Shown piece after piece: positions 14,941 through 20,539 of a DNA stretch of 32,000 bases. The notes under the pieces were generated by a model, which saw only the letters and a list, made by a program, of their open reading frames with translations, did no database searches and was not told the DNA's origin. A program made the position numbers and the translations under genes. Every line of letters begins with the position of its first letter. Position 1 is the stretch's first letter. The stretch is from Meiothermus sp. (GTDB lineage: Bacteria > Deinococcota > Deinococci > Deinococcales > Thermaceae), in contig JANRLD010000094.1 in NCBI GenBank assembly GCA_033762915.1, positions 16,469 through 48,468 of the forward strand, written 5' to 3'.

Positions 14941-16731
14941 TCAGTTGCGCACCAGGCGGACATCATCGATCAGGATAGCCCCTGACCCACCGGCCCGCTG
15001 GAAGTAGAGGGTGAGCGAGCTGGTGCTGGGGCCGGTGGTGAGGGTGACCGAGCGGCTGGAGTAGCTGGTGGTGAAGGGGTTGACGGTGGTCTCGGTCTTG
15101 CCCAGGAGGGTGTTGCTCGAGCTGCGCTCCTCGAGGCCGAAGAGGGCCGCGTCGCCGGCGGCGGTGGAGGGGAAGCGCAGCCAGGCCGTGACGGTATAAC
15201 TGGTGTTGGGGCTGACCGCGACCGTGGTGCTGGCGATCCGCCCCGCCCCCAGCGACCCCGCCGCCTTGCCCGAGCGCTGGCCCGAGGTGGTGCGGGCGGC
15301 CCCGCCGCTGTAGGTCCAGCCGCCGCTGGTGCTCTCGAAGCCGGGGTTGGCCGAGGCCAGGTTGGTGGCGGTGGAGGTGGGCTCGACAAAGGTGGGCAGC
15401 GAGCGCAGCAGGTTGGCCGCGTCCACCATGCCGTTGCCCGAGCCGAAGTAGGTGGTACCGGCGGGCAGACGGCCGGAGGCGATGCTGCGGTTGAGGCTGT
15501 CGTTGGTGAAGAGGGTGCGGAGCAGGCGGTTCATGAGGTCGGCCCGAACCGTTGCGTCGGTGGTCTCGCTTAGGGTTAGCGCCAGTACCCCCGAAACCAG
15601 CGGGGTGGCGAAGGAGGTGCCAGTGTACTGGGCGATCTGGCCGCCGGGGTAGGCGCTGACCACCCCCTCGCCCACCGCCCCGACCATAAAGGTCGAGCCG
15701 TAGGCCGAGAACGGCGAGAGCTGCGAGCCGCGGCTGAAGCTGCCCACCCCCATCACATAGGGGTAAGCGCCTTCGGTGAGGCTGAAGATGGCCGGGAAGA
15801 GGATGCCCTCCTGCTGGCCATTGTTGCCCACCGCCGAGGGCACGTAAACCCCGTTCTGAACCGCGGCGCCCAGCGCGGCCACCAGGGCGTCGCTCCAGCC
15901 GCTGGCCCCCAGCGAGAGGTTGATGACCTTGGCCCCCCTGGCGATGGCGTGGTTGATGGCGGCGATCACATTGTCCAGGCTGCCCGAGCCGTTGGGGCTG
16001 AGCACCCGGATGGGCAGGATGGTGGCCTTGGGGGCTACTTGCAAGATGATCCCCGCCACACCCGTACCGTGCCCAAAGGCACTGGGGGTGGTGCCGGCGT
16101 TAACCTCCTGGGGGGTGGTGTCCCCGTCAACGTAGTCCTTCCACTCGGTGCTGGGGGCCAGCCGCCCAACGAACATCGGGTGGTTGAGGTCGATCCCGGT
16201 GTCGATCACCGCAACCTTGATCCCCGAACCGTAGTTCTTGGCCAGGGCGTGGGCCTGGCGCAGTTGCATCATGGTCCAAATGGTGTTGTTCTCGGCAGGC
16301 AGCGCAGGCACTGTGCCGCCGCTGCTCCAGGCATTCCAGCCGCTGCTCCAGGCATTCCACCCACTGCTCCAGGCGTTCCAACCGCTGCTCCAGGCATTCC
16401 AGCCGCTGGCCCCCGTGCCCAGCGCGCTGGCCATGGGGGTGCTGAGGACGGAGTTGGTCTCGAGGGTGGTGTTCTGCATCGAGACCCCACGGGCCTGCAT
16501 CTGCGCCACCGCCTCCCCCGACATCTTGAGCACGGCCCTCTCATCGGTCCACAGCAGCAGTTCGCCGCCGTAGCGCTGGGTCACTGCTTCTTGGGTGTCG
16601 CCGGCCTCGAGCCGGACGGTGAGCAGGTGGCCGCCGGCGCCCGGCGAGCCGGCGGTGGGCGCGCTCCCGCAGGCCGCCAGGAGCGCGACGAGGGAAAGGG
16701 CCAGGGCTTGTTTGAGACGTTGAAAGGGCAT
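14941..16731 (-). CDS. Lipoprotein S8 subtilase 2: I9-like propeptide, 4x GWNAWSS, catalytic domain, CBM4_9-like C-terminal domain
   Basis: Start chosen at MPFQRLKQALALSLVALLAAC|GS (ATG 16731, AGGAGG 6 nt upstream). The track start at 16800 would run into the promoter motif. Triad motifs VAVIDTGID, HGTGVAG, GTSFATPLVSG. Confidence 0.9.
   Translation of the reverse strand: MPFQRLKQALALSLVALLAACGSAPTAGSPGAGGHLLTVRLEAGDTQEAVTQRYGGELLLWTDERAVLKMSGEAVAQMQARGVSMQNTTLETNSVLSTPMASALGTGASGWNAWSSGWNAWSSGWNAWSSGWNAWSSGGTVPALPAENNTIWTMMQLRQAHALAKNYGSGIKVAVIDTGIDLNHPMFVGRLAPSTEWKDYVDGDTTPQEVNAGTTPSAFGHGTGVAGIILQVAPKATILPIRVLSPNGSGSLDNVIAAINHAIARGAKVINLSLGASGWSDALVAALGAAVQNGVYVPSAVGNNGQQEGILFPAIFSLTEGAYPYVMGVGSFSRGSQLSPFSAYGSTFMVGAVGEGVVSAYPGGQIAQYTGTSFATPLVSGVLALTLSETTDATVRADLMNRLLRTLFTNDSLNRSIASGRLPAGTTYFGSGNGMVDAANLLRSLPTFVEPTSTATNLASANPGFESTSGGWTYSGGAARTTSGQRSGKAAGSLGAGRIASTTVAVSPNTSYTVTAWLRFPSTAAGDAALFGLEERSSSNTLLGKTETTVNPFTTSYSSRSVTLTTGPSTSSLTLYFQRAGGSGAILIDDVRLVRN
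16321..16404 (-). repeat. 4 tandem 21-nt repeats encoding GWNAWSS x4
   Basis: aa 110-137 of subtilase 2. Confidence 0.95.
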
Positions 16732-16800
16732 TGAAAGCCTCCTTGATAATTGCGCTATGGCCCAGGATAAAAGGCGGGTGTGAATGTGTTTGAGACACAC

Positions 16801-16828
16801 AACCGTTACCCCGCCACTTGGCGTTATG
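16801..16828 (-). promoter_or_regulatory. Conserved bipartite upstream motif of subtilase 2 (CCATAACGC-N11-GTAACGGTT)
   Basis: Same boxes and spacing as the other paralogs, 70 nt upstream of the ATG at 16731. Confidence 0.55.
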
Positions 16829-16839
16829 GATCAAAGAAA

Positions 16840-16865
16840 GGCCCCTCGAGCAAGCTCGAGGGGCC
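16840..16865 (-). terminator. Terminator hairpin GGCCCCTCGAG-caag-CTCGAGGGGCC after subtilase 3
   Basis: 11-bp stem with a 4-nt loop, 15 nt beyond the stop at 16880. Confidence 0.6.
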
Positions 16866-16879
16866 CGGTGTAAATCCAC

Positions 16880-18598
16880 TCAGTTCATCAACTGCAGCCG
16901 CCAGCGCTGGTTGTTGGCCCCGTTGCAGCCCCACTGCACTGCGCTGGCATCGACGGCCAGGGAGCCCCCGCTGATGCCGACGCATTTGTTGGAGTGGCGG
17001 GCCACCAGCTCGTACACACTGCCCACCGGGCGCAGCGTCCACTGCTGGTTGTTAGCGCCGACCCAGCCCCACTGCTGCACCCTACCGCCATCGGCGGTAG
17101 TGGAGGCGGATACCTCCAACACCTTAGCGCTGTTGTTGTTGACCAAGCTGTAGAAGCCGCCCGCAAAGTCCAGCCGCCAGCGCTGGCTGCTGTCGGAGTT
17201 GCAGGTTTCCTGCCGCACCACAGCGCCGTCGGATCTGGACGAGCTGGCCACGTCGAGGCAGAGGTTGCTGTTGTTGTTGACGATGCGGTACTGCGGCTGG
17301 GTCCAGCCGGGCAGCACCCGGATCAGCCGCTCCACGTCCAGCAGCCGTGCGCCCGTGATGCCGGGGTTGGGGGTGTTGGTGTTCATGCTGCCCCACAAGG
17401 CCTCGGCCACGGTATTGAAAGTAAGGCTGGGGGCTTCAGACATGGCCAGCGCAGCCGCACCACTGAACATCGGGGCGGCGAAGGAGGTGCCGGTCACGCG
17501 GGCGGTCTGGCTGCCGGGGTAGGCGGCAGCGATGGACTCCCCGGGGGCAATGCCGTAAATGTCGGTGGCACCGTTGTTGGTGGGGTCGAGCAGGGCGGTG
17601 AAGCTCGAGATCACGTTGTCCGAGCGCACGCTGCCGATGCCCACGGTTTTCATGTAGGTCTGGTCGTACCAGCTCAGATTGGCGGGGAACAGGGCGTTGG
17701 TGTTGTTGCCGGTGTTGCCGGTAGAGGCGTAGATGTACACGCCCCGGCTGTTGGCCCAGGCGGCGGTATCGAAGAGCGCATCCGACCAGGAGGTGCTGCC
17801 CAGCGAGACGTTGATGACCCTGGCCCCCATGTTCACCGCATGGGTGATGCCCGTGAGCACCACATCGAGGCTCCCCGCGCCGTCCTGGTTCAGCACCCGA
17901 ATGGGGAGGATGGTGGCCTTGGGAGCGACCTGCAGGATGATGCTGGCCGCAGCCGTACCGTGCCCGAAGCCCCTGTTGGAGGAAGTCCCCACCTCCTGGG
18001 GGTTGTTGTCGTTGCTCACGAAGTCGCGCCACTCGCTGCTGGGGGCCAGCCGACCGCTGAACATAGGGTGCGCGGTATCGATGCCGGTGTCCAGCACCGC
18101 CACCTTGACCCCCGCTCCGAAGCGGCGGCTGATGGCGTGGGCCTCGCGCAGCCGGATCTGGTTCCAGGCGGTGTTATTCTCCGACGGCGGCGCACCCCCC
18201 ACCCCACTGCTCCAGGCGTTCCAGCCCCCGCTCCACGCGTTCCAGCCGCTGCTCCAGGCGTTCCAGCCGCCCGACCATGCGTTCCAGCCCGCCGCCGTGA
18301 CCGGGGCCGCCACTGGGGTGTTGGCCGCCAGGGTGGTGTTCTGCATCGAGATGCCCCGGGCCTGCAGCTGCGCCACGGCTTCGCTGCTCAACTTGAGGAT
18401 GGCCTTATCGTCCAACCAGGCCACCATCTCGCCGCCGTACCTCTGAACGATGGACTCCTGGGTGTCACCTTCGCTGAGTTTGATGGTGAGCAGTTGGTCG
18501 CTGCCGCCTGGCGAGGTCGCCTGAAGCGGTGCACCGCAGGCCGCCAGCAGGGCGACCAGCGATACCGCCAGGGTCAGTTTGAGCGTTTGAGCGATCAT
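16880..18598 (-). CDS. Lipoprotein S8 subtilase 3: I9-like propeptide, 4x GWNAWS(G/S), catalytic domain, ricin-type beta-trefoil (CBM13-like) C-terminus
   Basis: Lipobox LLAAC|GA. Triad motifs VAVLDTGID, HGTAAAS, GTSFAAPMFSG. The C-terminal roughly 135 aa has three QxW-type repeats (SSQRWRL, NNQQWTL, NNQRWRL), characteristic of ricin B lectin domains. Confidence 0.9.
   Translation of the reverse strand: MIAQTLKLTLAVSLVALLAACGAPLQATSPGGSDQLLTIKLSEGDTQESIVQRYGGEMVAWLDDKAILKLSSEAVAQLQARGISMQNTTLAANTPVAAPVTAAGWNAWSGGWNAWSSGWNAWSGGWNAWSSGVGGAPPSENNTAWNQIRLREAHAISRRFGAGVKVAVLDTGIDTAHPMFSGRLAPSSEWRDFVSNDNNPQEVGTSSNRGFGHGTAAASIILQVAPKATILPIRVLNQDGAGSLDVVLTGITHAVNMGARVINVSLGSTSWSDALFDTAAWANSRGVYIYASTGNTGNNTNALFPANLSWYDQTYMKTVGIGSVRSDNVISSFTALLDPTNNGATDIYGIAPGESIAAAYPGSQTARVTGTSFAAPMFSGAAALAMSEAPSLTFNTVAEALWGSMNTNTPNPGITGARLLDVERLIRVLPGWTQPQYRIVNNNSNLCLDVASSSRSDGAVVRQETCNSDSSQRWRLDFAGGFYSLVNNNSAKVLEVSASTTADGGRVQQWGWVGANNQQWTLRPVGSVYELVARHSNKCVGISGGSLAVDASAVQWGCNGANNQRWRLQLMN
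18206..18289 (-). repeat. 4 tandem 21-nt repeats encoding GWNAWSG-GWNAWSS-GWNAWSG-GWNAWSS
   Basis: aa 104-131 of subtilase 3. Confidence 0.95.
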
Positions 18599-18671
18599 GA
18601 TCAGGGGCCTCCTAAGACTTTGCTTCGTCTGTTCAAATTACGTGACAGGAACAGCATGGACTCACCAACAC

Positions 18672-18703
18672 AACCGTTACTCGAGTCCCCCGCGTTACAG
18701 CAG
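18672..18703 (-). promoter_or_regulatory. Conserved bipartite upstream motif of subtilase 3 (CTGCTGTAACGC-N11-GTAACGGTT)
   Basis: Same boxes and spacing as the other paralogs, 74 nt upstream of the ATG at 18598. Confidence 0.6.
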
Positions 18704-18865
18704 TTTGCGGGCTGATTACCGCCGCACCACACAGCGAAAACGCGCTGTGAAGAACAGATTTCAGACCCCCAGGTTTTTGCAGAGTTGGGAGCGAAATCCG
18801 CTAAGGCCACGATGTGACCCCAAGCCCGGGCAGGGCCGCACCCGACCGGGCGCAGGAGACTTATG

Positions 18866-19053
18866 AGTCTCCATAGTTGCAAAGCGACACACCAGCTCCT
18901 TCAAGAAATTGCGCCTCGGGTAGCCGCTCCGCGGCTATGGCGCACGCCACTCCGCCCTGGGTAGCCGCCCTGCGGCTATGGCGTACGCCACTATGTCCCG
19001 GCACGTGTTTGCCGCTTCCGCTGATACTGCGCTTCTACCCTGGCGCAACTTAC
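18866..19053. repeat. Intergenic repeat element, copy B (also with two 41-bp units, 18918-18958 and 18959-18999)
   Basis: Collinear with copy A from AATTGCGCCTCGGGTAGCCGC to ACCCTGGCGCAACTTAC. Its left end, TCTCCATAGTTG, matches copy C. Confidence 0.75.
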
Positions 19054-20324
19054 CAGGGCGCAGCGTTGAGGAAGTTGGCGACCTGTAGTCGGCTGGAGCC
19101 GAGCTTGCCGAAGAACGGCAGGTTCTTGAGGGTGATGGAGATGCCGTTGTTGGTCAGGGTGCCCTTCAAGCTGGATAGGTTCCCCCGGCCCTGCCCAAGG
19201 GCCAGCGCCAGCGAGCCCGAGACCAGCGGGGCCGCCATGGATGTCCCACTCCAGCTGGCAACCCGGCTGCCGGGCGCGGTGGTGGCGATGCGCTCGCCGG
19301 GCGCGGTCATGTCCAGGCTGGAGCCGTAGTTGGCAAAGCCGGACTTGACGTCGCTGGCGTCCACGCTGCTCACGCTGACCAGGTAGCTCGATGTCCCGAC
19401 TAAGTCGAGGGTCTTGGACTGGCGGGCCGGGTAGTCGAGGCCGTCGGCGTTGGCGTTGCCGGCCGCCGCTACTACGTAAATCTTCCTCGAGGTGGCGCTG
19501 TTCAAGACCGCGGTGAGGGCCGCAGAGGGGCTGTCAGCGCCCAGGGAGAGGTTGATGACCTGGGCGCCTGCGCCGATGGCGGTGTTGATGGCCGCGATGA
19601 CGTTAGACAGGCTGCCCGAGCCGTCGGGGCCCAGCACCCGGTAGGCCATAATCATGGCGCTGGGGGCCACCTGGGCCACGATCCCCGCCACCGCCGTCCC
19701 ATGCCCGAAGCCGCGGTCGCCCATCATCCCAACCTCCTGGGGAATGCCGTCGTTGTCCACGAAGTCGTAGCGGTCGATCAGACGCGAGGCCAGGGCCGGG
19801 TGATTGAGGTCGACGCCGCTGTCGATCACTGCCACCTTAACGTTTTGGCCCAGGTTGGAGGCCAGGGAGTGGGCCTGGCTAAGGCCGATCTGGGTCCAGA
19901 GGGCGTTGTTCTCAGTGCTGAAATTGGTGATGGAGCCGGTGCCGCTGCTCCAGGCATTCCACCCGCTGCTCCAGGCGTTCCAGCCGCTGCTCCAGGCGTT
20001 CCACCCCACCGCATTAACGGTGGACGGGGTTCTCACGCGGGTGTCGCCCTCGAGCGTAGTTCCCTGCATCGAGACCCCCCGGGACTGCAGCTGGGCCACC
20101 GCCTCGCCCGTCATCCTGAGGATGGCTTGGCCGTCCAGCCAGGCGATCACCTCGCCGCCATAGCGCTGGGCCACAGTCTCCTGGGTGTCGGCCGGCTCGA
20201 GCTGGACCGTGAGCAAGTAGCCGCTGCCGCCCGGCGAGGTTGCCTGGGTTGGAGCGCTGCCGCAGGCCGCCAGCACGGCGACCAGCGAGCCCACCAGGGC
20301 GAGTTTGAGCGTTTGAGCGATCAT
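19050..20324 (-). CDS. Lipoprotein S8 subtilase 4: I9-like propeptide, 3x GWNAWSS, catalytic domain, no C-terminal module
   Basis: Start at MIAQTLKL (ATG 20324, AGGAGG upstream), parallel to subtilase 3. Lipobox VLAAC|GS. Triad motifs VAVIDSGVD, HGTAVAG, GTSMAAPLVSG. It ends at ...QVANFLNAAPW, where paralogs continue into a C-terminal domain. Confidence 0.85.
   Translation of the reverse strand: MIAQTLKLALVGSLVAVLAACGSAPTQATSPGGSGYLLTVQLEPADTQETVAQRYGGEVIAWLDGQAILRMTGEAVAQLQSRGVSMQGTTLEGDTRVRTPSTVNAVGWNAWSSGWNAWSSGWNAWSSGTGSITNFSTENNALWTQIGLSQAHSLASNLGQNVKVAVIDSGVDLNHPALASRLIDRYDFVDNDGIPQEVGMMGDRGFGHGTAVAGIVAQVAPSAMIMAYRVLGPDGSGSLSNVIAAINTAIGAGAQVINLSLGADSPSAALTAVLNSATSRKIYVVAAAGNANADGLDYPARQSKTLDLVGTSSYLVSVSSVDASDVKSGFANYGSSLDMTAPGERIATTAPGSRVASWSGTSMAAPLVSGSLALALGQGRGNLSSLKGTLTNNGISITLKNLPFFGKLGSSRLQVANFLNAAPW
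19944..20006 (-). repeat. 3 tandem 21-nt repeats encoding GWNAWSS x3
   Basis: aa 107-127 of subtilase 4. Confidence 0.95.
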
Positions 20325-20397
20325 GAGCAAGGGCCTCCTTAGACTTTGCTTCGTCTGTTCAAATTACGTGGCACGAACGGCGTAGACTCATGAATAA

Positions 20398-20425
20398 AAC
20401 CGTTACTCGAGCCCCCCGCGTTAAT
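20398..20425 (-). promoter_or_regulatory. Conserved bipartite upstream motif of subtilase 4 (GCATTAACGC-N11-GTAACGGTT)
   Basis: Same boxes and spacing as the other paralogs, 74 nt upstream of the ATG at 20324. Confidence 0.55.
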
Positions 20426-20435
20426 GCTAAAACGT

Positions 20436-20463
20436 GGCCCCTCGAGTCCTGGCTCGAGGGGCC
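20436..20463 (-). terminator. Hairpin GGCCCCTCGAG-tcctgg-CTCGAGGGGCC downstream of subtilase 5
   Basis: 11-bp stem with a 6-nt loop, with the same stem sequence family as the other inter-paralog hairpins. Confidence 0.5.
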
Positions 20464-20492
20464 ATCTGGGAACACCAAAGCGGTTTCCATGA

Positions 20493-20527
20493 ATACTCGG
20501 CACGGCAACCAACGCCGTGCCGAGTAT
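20493..20527 (-). terminator. Hairpin ATACTCGGCACGGC-aaccaac-GCCGTGCCGAGTAT immediately after subtilase 5
   Basis: Perfect 14-bp stem with a 7-nt loop, 13 nt beyond the stop at 20540. Confidence 0.6.
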
Positions 20528-20539
20528 CGGGAAACGTGA

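Noticed and set aside
16732-16800. N-terminal extensions given by the ORF track: 14941-16800 (MCLKHIH...), 23773-24372 (MRRSESA...), 10136-10411 and 1444-2478
   Set aside because: The extensions run through promoter motifs, repeat elements or the preceding gene and lack an RBS. Paralog comparison and Shine-Dalgarno positions support the internal starts used in the feature table.
18716-18865. The spacer between the subtilase 3 promoter and repeat copy B as a possible small gene or RNA. It has the hairpins CACAGCG-aaaacg-CGCTGTG and GGAGAC-ttatga-GTCTCC and a short ORF beginning METHKSPAPG
   Set aside because: The ORF has no RBS, no coding-like composition and no homology to neighbouring genes. 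The hairpins are short and unsupported by conservation within the window.
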